This document shows, one piece after another, positions 22,150 through 31,239 of a stretch of 64,000 nucleotides of DNA. The notes beneath the pieces were generated by a model that was given only the letters and a program-made list of their open reading frames with translations, had not been told where the DNA came from and did no database searches. Made by a program: the position numbers and the translations under genes. Where the stretch lies: contig JBJBDL010000003.1 in the NCBI GenBank assembly GCA_047285305.1, positions 422,892-486,891 of the forward strand, written 5' to 3'. This DNA comes from Synechococcus sp. (GTDB taxonomy: Bacteria > Cyanobacteriota > Cyanobacteriia > PCC-6307 > Cyanobiaceae). Within the stretch, counting starts at the first letter, position 1. Each line of letters begins with the position of its first letter.

Positions 22150-22440
22150 TCCCACGGTTTCACAGGCTGAGGGGAAGTGCAATGGCCAACGCTTCGGGAG
22201 CCTTTGTTCGGCTGTTTGGTTTTTATGGATTTAAAAAACAAACAAAAACAGCCGTCGTAGGGCCTGGGGAAAAGGGGGAAAGAAACTCAAAACCCAGCTC
22301 TCACAGCAATTCTCGATGAGCCAGGGCTGAGGAGAATTTTTCACAGGATGGGGAGTCGGATCTTGTTTTCCACCTCTTCACAGCGGGTGGAAAACCCGCA
22401 TGACAAACGGGTGGATTGTTCTCGGCTGTTTTCCACAGCG
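22150..22440. other. Candidate chromosomal replication origin (oriC): DnaA-box cluster plus AT-rich tract
   Basis: Strong boxes: TTTTCCACC 22366-22374, inverted GGTGGAAAA 22386-22394 and TTTTCCACA 22429-22437. Relaxed TCACAG-type boxes lie at 22158-22165, 22298-22306, 22338-22346 and 22375-22383. An AT-rich tract spans 22215-22250. The site is immediately upstream of dnaN. Confidence 0.65.
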
Positions 22441-22504
22441 TGTTGGCATGGTTTTCGGGCGTCTTCCGCAGCCTCTTTGTTGGTTGGTTTTGTCTTACGG
22501 CCAC

Positions 22505-22526
22505 AAAAAAGCCCCCTGATGGGGGC
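22505..22526 (-). terminator. Intrinsic terminator of thrC
   Basis: The minus strand reads GCCCCC-ATCA-GGGGGC followed by TTTTTT, 26 nt after the thrC stop. Confidence 0.7.
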
Positions 22527-22551
22527 AAAAGCGCGTTGATGCAAGGCGGTG

Positions 22552-23658
22552 TCAGAAGCCCATCACACTGGAGATGGTGCCCAGATCGGGATTGAGGTCG
22601 GTATGGAAGGCGGCGTCGTTGTTGCTAATGGCGCAGTCGGGATCCTTGAGGCCGTTGCCGGTCAGAACGCAGACCACCGTGGCGCCGGCTGGTACTTCAT
22701 CTTTGCGCTTGAGCAGGCCTGCCACAGAGGCAGCGCTGGCTGGTTCACAGAAGATTCCCTCCTGGCCGCCTAGAAGCTTGTAGGCCGCGATGATCTCCGC
22801 ATCGGTGACATCCAGGAACGCGCCATTGCTGGCTTCGCGTGCTGCCAGGGCTTTGGCTCGGTTGACCGGGTTGCCAATGCGGATGGCGGTGGCGATGGTT
22901 TCGGGTTCCGTCACCGTGGTGTTGTTCACCAGAGGTGCGGATCCGCTGGCCTGGAATCCCATCATTCGGGGCAGGCTGCGGCTCAGGCCGGCCTGTTGAT
23001 ATTCCTGAAAACCCATCCAATAGGCGGTGATGTTTCCGGCGTTGCCCATGGGAATGCACAGCCAGTCGGGTGCATCTCCGAGGGCATCCACGATTTCGAA
23101 GGCCGCCGTTTTCTGGCCCTGCAGCCTGTAGGGATTTACCGAGTTCACGAGGGTGACGGGATACTTCTCTGCCGCTTCGCGAACGATGTCGAGGGCACGG
23201 TCGAAGTTGCCGCGAATCGCCAAGACCTCAGCCCCGTACACCAGAGCCTGAGCCAGTTTTCCCTGGGCGACATAGCCGTCCGGGATCAAGACGAAGGCAC
23301 GCATCCCACCCCGCCTGGCATAGGCAGCAGCAGCAGCGCTGGTGTTGCCTGTGCTGGCACAAATCACCGCTTCACAACCGGCTTCCTTGGCTTTGCTGAT
23401 GGCCATGGTCATGCCCCGGTCCTTGAAGGACCCTGTGGGGTTCAGGCCGTCGTATTTCACGAACACCTTCACGCCCTTGCCGATCTGTTCGGCAACCGAT
23501 GGCACGGGGATCAGAGGGGTGGCGCCTTCACGCAGGCTGATCACTGGTGTCGCATCGCTGACGGGCAGCCAGCTGCGATAGGCCTCAATCAGTCCAGGCC
23601 AGTCCTGCAACACAGGAGTGGCAGTGAAACGCCGACGGAGGTTCTGAAACAGGGACAC
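22552..23658 (-). CDS. thrC: Threonine synthase
   Basis: 368 aa with the PLP lysine motif [11 protein letters not shown] and a GNAGN loop. Confidence 0.93.
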   Translation of the reverse strand: MSLFQNLRRRFTATPVLQDWPGLIEAYRSWLPVSDATPVISLREGATPLIPVPSVAEQIGKGVKVFVKYDGLNPTGSFKDRGMTMAISKAKEAGCEAVICASTGNTSAAAAAYARRGGMRAFVLIPDGYVAQGKLAQALVYGAEVLAIRGNFDRALDIVREAAEKYPVTLVNSVNPYRLQGQKTAAFEIVDALGDAPDWLCIPMGNAGNITAYWMGFQEYQQAGLSRSLPRMMGFQASGSAPLVNNTTVTEPETIATAIRIGNPVNRAKALAAREASNGAFLDVTDAEIIAAYKLLGGQEGIFCEPASAASVAGLLKRKDEVPAGATVVCVLTGNGLKDPDCAISNNDAAFHTDLNPDLGTISSVMGF

Positions 23659-23711
23659 CGGCTGGGATGGGGGGATTGCCGGAATCTAGGCGGCGTCCGC
23701 TCAGGGCTTGG

Positions 23712-24296
23712 TCAGGGTTGCGCTTCCTTCAATCCGTCCAAAGGGGAGTCGGAGAAAAACTGCACCAGACCGGCGATGGATTTCGCTTTTTCGATCACAC
23801 CAAACAGAGCCGGAAGATTCACCGCCATGACGGCATTGGGATAGCCCTTCAAAAAGCTCACTGCCGTGAGGCCATTTTCGCTCTGCAATCCACTGATCAG
23901 TCCGGCCCGGATCGCTGGAACACTCACCTCAGGTTCCGGTGTGTAGATCGGATGAATGATGCGTGCAACACGACGCAGGATGGCCTCACCAATCCGTGTG
24001 TTGATCAGACGGCTTGTGAGTACCAGGGGAAGCTCGAGGCTCTGATTGAGCATCTGCGCTACCTCTTTAGGGTCCTGCTCGGAGAGCTCCAGCAGGTCCT
24101 CCAGCAGACCTGTCGGATCACCGGTTTCGGCCAGGTGTTCGATTTCTTTCACTGGAATGGATCGGCGGAAGGCACCACTCACCAGGGCGACCTCCGTGGC
24201 TGCATGCAGGGGTTGCATGACGCAGCTCAAACTCAGCCCAAGCCCTGCCGCCACGGCCAGCAGAGAGGAACGAGTGAAGGGCTTGGGGAGCATCAC
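23712..24296 (-). CDS. Secreted DUF1400-like protein (family assignment from memory)
   Basis: 194 aa with a signal peptide (LLAVAAGLGLSLSCVMQPLHAA) and a helical body. Confidence 0.6.
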   Translation of the reverse strand: MMLPKPFTRSSLLAVAAGLGLSLSCVMQPLHAATEVALVSGAFRRSIPVKEIEHLAETGDPTGLLEDLLELSEQDPKEVAQMLNQSLELPLVLTSRLINTRIGEAILRRVARIIHPIYTPEPEVSVPAIRAGLISGLQSENGLTAVSFLKGYPNAVMAVNLPALFGVIEKAKSIAGLVQFFSDSPLDGLKEAQP

Positions 24297-24317
24297 GCTG
24301 GAGGTCTTGGCCGGAAG

Positions 24318-26180
24318 TTAGGCCGGAACTCCAGCAGCGACTCGCACCAGGCGGACAACTCCCCGTTCGGCTAGCCCCTGAGCCACCTTGAGGCCCATGC
24401 GCCGGGTGTCTGGTTCATTGAGCACCCTTGGCATTCGACGCAGCAGAAGCTCAGGTGTGAATCCCGGCAACGATTGCAACACCTGGATCAATTCCCGCAC
24501 CGGCTCTAGTTGCATCAGTGGATCGGAGAGCCCGAGAGGTGTGTGGCCAAGGGCGGATGGTTGCAGTCGTTTGGGGAGGCGTCGACCCAGGCGTTGCATC
24601 GTCGACCAACCCAGAGCATCCAGCTGATCAACCGTGGCGGTCACCAGTTGATCCCGAAGCAGTCCTGCCTTGGGTGAGAACAGGAAGTCGAGAAGTTGAT
24701 CGAGCAAGGCCTCCAGATCCAGCTGGGCCTGGCTTGCAGCGCTGGAGACCAGATTTTCCAGACGGGTCCAACGGAACGCGTCTCCATCGAACAGCATCTC
24801 CTTAAGGCTCTGACGCAACTGGGGATCGGGATCCTCCATCAGCCGCCTGGCGAAGTAGGGGTAGGCAGCACCGAGGATCTTGAAGTTCGGATCAACACTG
24901 AGGGCGATGCCCTCCAGGGTGACCAGTGATCGAATGATCAGGGCGTAGTAAGGCGGCACCCGGAAGGGGAATTTGTACATCACACCGGACATGTCGTCGG
25001 TGACCGCTTTGAAATCCATGCGGTTGACGCCGGCTTCCAAGGCCTGGCTGAAGACCTTTTCAAAGGCGGGAACAATCGGTTCCAGGTTCACATCTTCTGC
25101 CAGGAACCCCAGGGTGACGAAGTCTTTGGAGAGCTTCCCGAAGTTCCGGTTTACTAGATGGACAACCGCCTGAATCAAGCCGGTTCGTGACTCGCGGCTC
25201 ACTTCGCTCATCATCCCGAAGTCGAGATAACAGAGGCGACCGTCCTCCAGCGCCAGGAGATTGCCGGGGTGGGGGTCGGCATGGAAGAAGCCATGCTCTA
25301 GCAATTGTTGAAGGCTGCAGTTCACGCCCACTTCCACCATGTCGTCCGGGTCCACACCGAGCTCGCGAACCGCATCAAGGTTGGTGAGCTTTACGCCGTC
25401 GATCCACTCCATCGTCAGCACCCGGCGGCTTGTGGCGTTGCGATAGATCGTCGGAACAGCGATGCGAGAGTTGTGTTGATGCAGCTCAGCGAAGGTCTCA
25501 GCGTTCGAGGCCTCGTTGAGGTAGTCCATCTCTTCGAACACCCGTCGCCCCAGTTCATCGATCAGGGCGACGAGGTCGCTGCGGATCAACCCGATGTTGC
25601 TGTTCAACCAGGCGGCGATGTTGCGCACGATGTACAGATCCAGGGTGATCTGTTCGCGCAGCCCCGGGCGCTGCACCTTCACCGCCACTCTGGCGCCACC
25701 CTTGAGGGTTCCCTTGTGCACCTGACCCAAGGAGGCGGCTGAGATCGGTTCCCGGTCCAGCTGCTCGAAAATGTCATCCACCTGTGCACCCAGGTCCTCT
25801 TCGATGCAGGCCATGGCCAGGCCACTGTCGAAGCCGGGCAGTTGGTCCTGGAGCTGGGCCAGTTCCTCCAGCAGCAGCGGGGGGACGATGTCCGGTCGTG
25901 TGGAGAGCGCCTGGCCGGCCTTGATGAAGGCGGGACCAAGATCCACGAGAAGTTCAGCGCATTCGCGAGCTCGAGCCCGGGCCCGTTCCTCATCCTTCAG
26001 CAACTGGAAGATCCAGTCGAAGGCGACGCCCAGCAGCAACAGGCCTATGGGTATGAGGGTTTGCCAGAGCCGGCGGATCAGCCGCTGGGGATGGCCGGCA
26101 TAAATACGTGTAATGGCGGCGGGGTCGTACTCGAGCAACCCAGCGGCTTCGATGAAATCCCCGAGCTCTTGCGCCATCAA
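24318..26180 (-). CDS. ABC1/UbiB (AarF) atypical kinase family protein
   Basis: 620 aa with PAFIKAGQALSTRPDIVP, AAASLGQVHKG, VAVKVQRPG and HADPHPGNL motifs. Confidence 0.9.
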   Translation of the reverse strand: MMAQELGDFIEAAGLLEYDPAAITRIYAGHPQRLIRRLWQTLIPIGLLLLGVAFDWIFQLLKDEERARARARECAELLVDLGPAFIKAGQALSTRPDIVPPLLLEELAQLQDQLPGFDSGLAMACIEEDLGAQVDDIFEQLDREPISAASLGQVHKGTLKGGARVAVKVQRPGLREQITLDLYIVRNIAAWLNSNIGLIRSDLVALIDELGRRVFEEMDYLNEASNAETFAELHQHNSRIAVPTIYRNATSRRVLTMEWIDGVKLTNLDAVRELGVDPDDMVEVGVNCSLQQLLEHGFFHADPHPGNLLALEDGRLCYLDFGMMSEVSRESRTGLIQAVVHLVNRNFGKLSKDFVTLGFLAEDVNLEPIVPAFEKVFSQALEAGVNRMDFKAVTDDMSGVMYKFPFRVPPYYALIIRSLVTLEGIALSVDPNFKILGAAYPYFARRLMEDPDPQLRQSLKEMLFDGDAFRWTRLENLVSSAASQAQLDLEALLDQLLDFLFSPKAGLLRDQLVTATVDQLDALGWSTMQRLGRRLPKRLQPSALGHTPLGLSDPLMQLEPVRELIQVLQSLPGFTPELLLRRMPRVLNEPDTRRMGLKVAQGLAERGVVRLVRVAAGVPA

Positions 26181-26254
26181 TTCATCGGGATGTTCGACAC
26201 CCCTTCTAAACGAACCGAGCTGCCGCTACGGTCGGCATCATCACAGGGCTGGAC

Positions 26255-27937
26255 GTGCTCACCGGTCTGCTGCTGCAGAACATCGCTCTGATTGAGAGTC
26301 TTGAACTGGAGTTCAGCTCGGGTTTCACGGTGCTCACCGGTGAGACCGGTGCCGGTAAATCGATCCTTCTTGATGCCCTCGATGCGGTGCTGGGAGGAGC
26401 GCAGGGTTCCAGCGGAGTTCGTCTGCTGCGGACGGGTTCGGATCGCGCCAGGATCGAGGCTGCGTTTCAACTCAACCCAGCCCTGGAGCAGTGGTTGATC
26501 GCGGCGGAGTTTGATCCCGAAGAGGAGATTCTGATTAGCCGCGAATGGAAACGGCAGGAGGGTGATCGTTATTCCAGTCGCTGCCGGCTGAATGGCAGCA
26601 CGGTGAACCGTCAGCAGTTGCTTGAGCTCAGGCCGCTGTTGATTGATCTCACGGTTCAGGGACAGACCCAGCTGTTGTCGCGGGCGGGGCAGCAACGGCT
26701 CTGGCTTGACCGTCTCGGTGGATCTGCATTGGCTGAGGTCAAAGTTCATGTAGCTCATGCCTGGACCGAATGGCGCCATGCTGCAGATGCCCTTACGGCA
26801 CTTGAGCAGGAGCAGCAGCGCTCCGAACAGGAGCAGGCTGAACAGGAAGAGCAGTTGGAGCAGCTGCAAGCTGCCGATCTCGCCGACTCCGACGAGCAGC
26901 AGCGCCTGGAACAGGATCAAGACCGCCTCGTCCACGGCGTGAGGCTGCTGGAGGGTTTGGCCTTGCTGTTTGGGCGTCTCCGCGACGGTGTGGATCAGGC
27001 GCCTTCTCTGCAGGATCATTTCGCGGCGTGCATCCAGGAGCTGCAGGCCATGGCGCAGCTGGATGGTTCGCTTGAGCCCCTGCGGGATCAGGCGCTGGAT
27101 CTCGAAGCAGGTGTGGATGGTTTGTTGCGCTCCCTCGATCAATACGGTCTGACGCTCGAGAGCGATCCAGACCAGCTGGAGCGGATTCAGGACCGTCTGT
27201 CGGTTTTAAAACGGCTGCAGCGACGTTACGGCCTTGATCTGGCCGGTTTGATTCAGCGGCGCGACGAGCTGCTTCATCGTTTGGGATCGGAAGGCTTCGC
27301 GGCGGATCTCGCCCGTCTGCAACAGGCCGAGACCGATCTTCGCCAGACGCGTGATCAGGCAAATGCGGCCTTGCGTCGCGAGCGGTTTAAGGCAGCGGAG
27401 GCTTTAGAGGCCTCGTTGCTGAAGCTGTTGCCACCCATGGGCCTAGCCAATTTGCGTTTCAAGGTGGCTCTCACCCCCTGTGATCCGGCTGAGCATGGGG
27501 CGGACGCTGTTCAATTCCTGTTTTCCGCCAATCCCGGCCAACCGATGGCACCGCTAACGGAGGTGGCGTCCGGCGGTGAGATGTCCCGTTTTCTGCTCGC
27601 GCTCAAGACCACCCTTGCCGCGGTGGATGGCTCCAGCACGTTGTTGTTTGATGAGATTGATGCCGGCGTCAGCGGACGCGTCAGTGGAGCGATGGCCGAT
27701 CTGCTTCAGACCCTGGCCCGTCAGCGTCAGGTGTTCTGCGTCACACACCAACCGCTTGTGGCAGCCGTTGCTGACCACCATTTCCGGGTGAGCAAGCATG
27801 TGGAAGATGGCGTCACCCATTCGCGAGTGTCCCGACTGCGGGACACTCAGGAACGCCGCCAGGAGCTGGCAGACCTCGCTGGTGGCGATCAGGCCGACGC
27901 CTATGCAGCAAGCCTGCTGGACCAGCGAACAGCTTGA
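26255..27937 (+). CDS. recN: DNA repair protein RecN
   Basis: 560 aa with a Walker A (LTGETGAGKSIL), a long coiled coil, an SGGE signature and a Walker B (LLFDEIDAGVSG). The start codon is GTG. Confidence 0.93.
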   Translation: MLTGLLLQNIALIESLELEFSSGFTVLTGETGAGKSILLDALDAVLGGAQGSSGVRLLRTGSDRARIEAAFQLNPALEQWLIAAEFDPEEEILISREWKRQEGDRYSSRCRLNGSTVNRQQLLELRPLLIDLTVQGQTQLLSRAGQQRLWLDRLGGSALAEVKVHVAHAWTEWRHAADALTALEQEQQRSEQEQAEQEEQLEQLQAADLADSDEQQRLEQDQDRLVHGVRLLEGLALLFGRLRDGVDQAPSLQDHFAACIQELQAMAQLDGSLEPLRDQALDLEAGVDGLLRSLDQYGLTLESDPDQLERIQDRLSVLKRLQRRYGLDLAGLIQRRDELLHRLGSEGFAADLARLQQAETDLRQTRDQANAALRRERFKAAEALEASLLKLLPPMGLANLRFKVALTPCDPAEHGADAVQFLFSANPGQPMAPLTEVASGGEMSRFLLALKTTLAAVDGSSTLLFDEIDAGVSGRVSGAMADLLQTLARQRQVFCVTHQPLVAAVADHHFRVSKHVEDGVTHSRVSRLRDTQERRQELADLAGGDQADAYAASLLDQRTA

Positions 27938-27982
27938 AGGCTTGGGTTCTTCCTAAGCTCTTGTGCTTTCCAACGGGTCCTG

Positions 27983-30946
27983 ATGGCGCGAGCTGCTGCC
28001 AAGATCGCTGAATCAGCTGGCCCGCTGGCGACTCAGGAAGATGTGATTCGAGTGAGGGGTGCCCGTCAGCACAACCTCAAAAACGTCGACGTCACCATTC
28101 CCCGTAACAAGCTGGTGGTCTTCACCGGTGTGAGTGGCAGCGGCAAGAGTTCGCTCGCTTTTGACACGATCTTTGCGGAGGGACAGCGCCGCTACGTCGA
28201 AAGTCTGTCGGCCTATGCCCGTCAGTTTCTTGGGCAAGTGGACAAGCCCGATGTCGATGCCATCGAGGGCCTGTCTCCGGCGATTTCGATTGATCAGAAA
28301 TCCACCAGTCACAACCCCCGCTCCACGGTGGGCACCGTCACGGAGATTCAGGACTATCTCCGTCTACTTTTCGGCCGTGCCGGCGAGCCCCACTGCCCCA
28401 AGTGTGGCCGTTCGATCAAGCCTCAGAGCATCGACGAAATGGTCGATCAGATCCTGCTGTTGCCTGAGGGAACTCGTTATCAGCTGTTGGCGCCGGTGGT
28501 GCGTGGCAAGAAGGGTACCCACACCAAGTTGATCAGTGGTTTAGCGGCGGAAGGTTTCGCCCGGGTGCGCATCAACGGTGAGGTGCGCGAGTTGGCCGAC
28601 AACATCGAGCTCGACAAGAACCACAGCCACAACATTGAGGTGGTGGTCGATCGTCTTGTGGCCCGTGAGGGGATCCAGGAACGGCTGACCGATTCATTGC
28701 GCACGGCCCTCAAACGCGGCGATGGTCTGGCGTTGGTGGAGGTGGTGCCCAAGAAGGGGGAGGAGCTTCCAGACGGCGTTGAGCGGGAGCGCCTCTACTC
28801 AGAGAACTTCGCCTGCCCTGTGCACGGCGCTGTGATGGAGGAGCTGTCACCGCGTCTGTTTTCGTTCAACAGCCCCTATGGCGCCTGTGAGGCTTGCCAT
28901 GGCATTGGCCACCTACGCAAATTCACCGTGGATCGTGTGATTCCGGACCCAACTCAGCCTGTGTATTCCGCGGTCGCTCCTTGGGCTGAGAAAGACAACA
29001 GCTACTACTTCTCCTTGCTGTATTCGGTGGGTGAGGCCTTCGGCTTCGAGATCAAGACCCCATGGAATGAACTTACGGATGAACAGCGGGATGTCTTGCT
29101 CAATGGCAGCCGCGAACCGATTCTGATCCAGGCCGATAGCCGTTACCGCAAGGGCAAAGGGGGATACACCCGGCCCTTCGAGGGCATTCTTCCGATCCTT
29201 GAGCGGCAGCTCCGCGATGCCAGCGGTGAAGCCCAGCGCCAGAAGTTGGAGAAGTATCTCGAGCTGGTTCCCTGTGAAGCATGTGGCGGTCAGCGCCTCC
29301 GCCCCGAAGCCCTCGCGGTGAAGGTGGGGCCGTACCGGATTCCAGAACTCACGGCCGTCAGCGTCGGTCAGACGCTCGAACGGATTGAAAAACTGATGGG
29401 TGTGGGCGCCCATGAGGGCTCTGAGCCCTTGCTGAATGCCCGTCAGATTCAGATCGGTGATCTGGTGCTCAGGGAAATCCGTCTGCGCCTGAAATTCCTG
29501 CTCGATGTTGGTCTCGACTACTTGAGCCTGGATCGACCGGCTATGACGCTCTCCGGCGGTGAAGCCCAGCGCATTCGCTTGGCGACCCAGATCGGTGCTG
29601 GTCTCACCGGGGTGCTGTACGTGCTGGATGAGCCGAGCATCGGCTTGCATCAGCGTGACAACGACCGTCTCCTGAACACCCTGGTGCGGCTCAGGGATCT
29701 CGGAAACACTCTGGTGGTGGTGGAACACGATGAAGACACCATCCGTGCTGCCGATCACGTTGTGGACATCGGCCCTGGTGCCGGCGTCCATGGGGGACAC
29801 ATTGTGGCGGAAGGAAGTTTCAATGACCTGGTGGCGAGCAGTGAATCCCTCACCGGCGCCTACCTGAGTGGCCGTCGGTCGATTCCAACGCCGGCTGAAC
29901 GCCGTCAGAGCGGTTCACGCTCACTCAAGTTGATTGACTGCAACCGCAACAACCTCAAGAACGTTTCGGTTGAGTTCCCCTTGGGCCGGTTGGTATCCGT
30001 CACTGGGGTGAGCGGCAGCGGCAAGAGCACTCTCGTAAATGAGCTCCTGCATCCCGCTTTAGAGAACGGACTGGGTCTAAAGGTGCCCTTTCCGCAGGGT
30101 CTGGGGGAATTGCGGGGGTTGAAGTCGATCGACAAGGTGATCGTCATCGACCAGAGCCCGATTGGACGCACACCCCGCTCCAACCCAGCCACCTACACCG
30201 GTGCCTTTGATCCGATCCGTCAGGTGTTCGCCGCCACGGTGGAGGCCAAGGCCCGCGGTTACCAGGTGGGTCAGTTCAGTTTCAACGTGAAGGGTGGCCG
30301 CTGTGAGGCTTGCCGTGGTCAGGGTGTGAACGTGATCGAGATGAACTTCCTGCCGGATGTGTACGTCCAGTGCGATGTCTGCAAGGGCGCCCGCTTCAAC
30401 CGCGAAACCCTGCAGGTGAAATACAAGGGCTACACCATCGCGGATGTGCTGCAAATGACCGTGGAGCAAGCCGCTGAGGTGTTTGATGCCATTCCTCAGG
30501 CGGCAGATCGCTTGCGCACCTTGGTGGATGTGGGCCTGGGATATGTGAAGCTCGGCCAGCCGGCGCCAACCCTCTCGGGGGGTGAGGCCCAGCGGGTGAA
30601 GCTGGCCACGGAGCTGTCACGGCGGGCCACTGGCAAGACTCTCTATCTGATTGATGAGCCCACCACTGGCCTCAGCTTCTACGACGTCCACAAGCTGATG
30701 GATGTGATGCAGCGCTTGGTGGACAAAGGTAACTCCATCATTTGCATCGAGCACAACCTTGATGTGATCCGTTGCAGCGACTGGATTATCGATCTCGGCC
30801 CCGAAGGCGGTGACAAGGGTGGCGAGATCCTGGTTACCGGCACTCCAGAGGAGGTCGCCCAGCACCCCACCAGTCACACCGGCCGCTACCTCGCAAGGGT
30901 TTTGGAGCAGCATCCACCAGAGCTGCCCGTTCCTTTGGCGGCTTGA
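27983..30946 (+). CDS. uvrA: Excinuclease ABC subunit A
   Basis: 987 aa with duplicated ABC ATPase modules (GVSGSGKSSLAF, GVSGSGKSTLV), LSGGEAQR twice, and zinc modules (CPKCGR..., CEACRGQG...CDVCKG). Confidence 0.96.
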   Translation: MARAAAKIAESAGPLATQEDVIRVRGARQHNLKNVDVTIPRNKLVVFTGVSGSGKSSLAFDTIFAEGQRRYVESLSAYARQFLGQVDKPDVDAIEGLSPAISIDQKSTSHNPRSTVGTVTEIQDYLRLLFGRAGEPHCPKCGRSIKPQSIDEMVDQILLLPEGTRYQLLAPVVRGKKGTHTKLISGLAAEGFARVRINGEVRELADNIELDKNHSHNIEVVVDRLVAREGIQERLTDSLRTALKRGDGLALVEVVPKKGEELPDGVERERLYSENFACPVHGAVMEELSPRLFSFNSPYGACEACHGIGHLRKFTVDRVIPDPTQPVYSAVAPWAEKDNSYYFSLLYSVGEAFGFEIKTPWNELTDEQRDVLLNGSREPILIQADSRYRKGKGGYTRPFEGILPILERQLRDASGEAQRQKLEKYLELVPCEACGGQRLRPEALAVKVGPYRIPELTAVSVGQTLERIEKLMGVGAHEGSEPLLNARQIQIGDLVLREIRLRLKFLLDVGLDYLSLDRPAMTLSGGEAQRIRLATQIGAGLTGVLYVLDEPSIGLHQRDNDRLLNTLVRLRDLGNTLVVVEHDEDTIRAADHVVDIGPGAGVHGGHIVAEGSFNDLVASSESLTGAYLSGRRSIPTPAERRQSGSRSLKLIDCNRNNLKNVSVEFPLGRLVSVTGVSGSGKSTLVNELLHPALENGLGLKVPFPQGLGELRGLKSIDKVIVIDQSPIGRTPRSNPATYTGAFDPIRQVFAATVEAKARGYQVGQFSFNVKGGRCEACRGQGVNVIEMNFLPDVYVQCDVCKGARFNRETLQVKYKGYTIADVLQMTVEQAAEVFDAIPQAADRLRTLVDVGLGYVKLGQPAPTLSGGEAQRVKLATELSRRATGKTLYLIDEPTTGLSFYDVHKLMDVMQRLVDKGNSIICIEHNLDVIRCSDWIIDLGPEGGDKGGEILVTGTPEEVAQHPTSHTGRYLARVLEQHPPELPVPLAA

Positions 30947-31082
30947 GGTGGACGGCTCCGTCACCTTCTCTAAGGGTGGATGGGTTGAAGAGCAGGGCAG
31001 CCTTGCTTTGTTGATGTGAGCGATTGACTCTGACGTTGCTGGCTTGTTACATCAAGCTGGGGGTATGACTGTTACCTCTTGG

Positions 31083-31121
31083 GCCGAGATCCTTTGCAAG
31101 ACAGGGTGACTCGGCTTTTTT
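31083..31121 (+). terminator. Probable intrinsic terminator downstream of uvrA
   Basis: GCCGAG (31083-31088) pairs with CTCGGC (31110-31115) and an inner ATCC/GGGT extension, followed by TTTTTT (31116-31121). It lies about 135 nt after the uvrA stop. Confidence 0.5.
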
Positions 31122-31191
31122 GATCGGCTCTACTTTCCAACCTTCTAAGGTTTTTTTTATTTTTAACCCCTTCTTCCGCCTCTAAAGAAAA

Positions 31192-31222
31192 AACAACGGC
31201 ACCGAATCTGTGTCCCGTTGTT
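31192..31222 (-). terminator. Terminator-like hairpin in minus orientation just upstream of the sps start
   Basis: AACAACGG (31192-31199) pairs with CCGTTGTT (31215-31222) around a 15-nt loop. Read on the minus strand, the stem is followed by TTTTTTCTTT. Confidence 0.35.
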
Positions 31223-31239
31223 GTTTGTGAGGGGAGCGA

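Noticed and set aside
22301-22544. Three overlapping 63-75-aa ORFs in the dnaN-thrC spacer
   Set aside because: They are built from the DnaA-box repeats and the thrC terminator (e.g. ...FSTSSQRVENPHD...). They are mutually overlapping on both strands and have no coding-like codon bias.
26181-26254. Search for an SOS/LexA operator upstream of recN (inverted repeat GTTCG-N14-CGAAC)
   Set aside because: The spacing and sequence fit neither the cyanobacterial RGTAC-N3-DGTWCB-type box nor the CGAAC-N4-GTTCG type. No comparable element lies upstream of uvrA.
26177-27142. 321-aa minus-strand ORF antisense to recN, with similar long antisense ORFs opposite argG (37070-38122), uvrA (28913-29800), the TPR gene (13072-13791), acnB (49850-50881) and purL (18804-19640, 19701-20324)
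   Set aside because: All are nested in genes with clear family motifs. Their translations are Arg/Gly/Pro/His-rich noise, consistent with stop-codon depletion in high-GC DNA.
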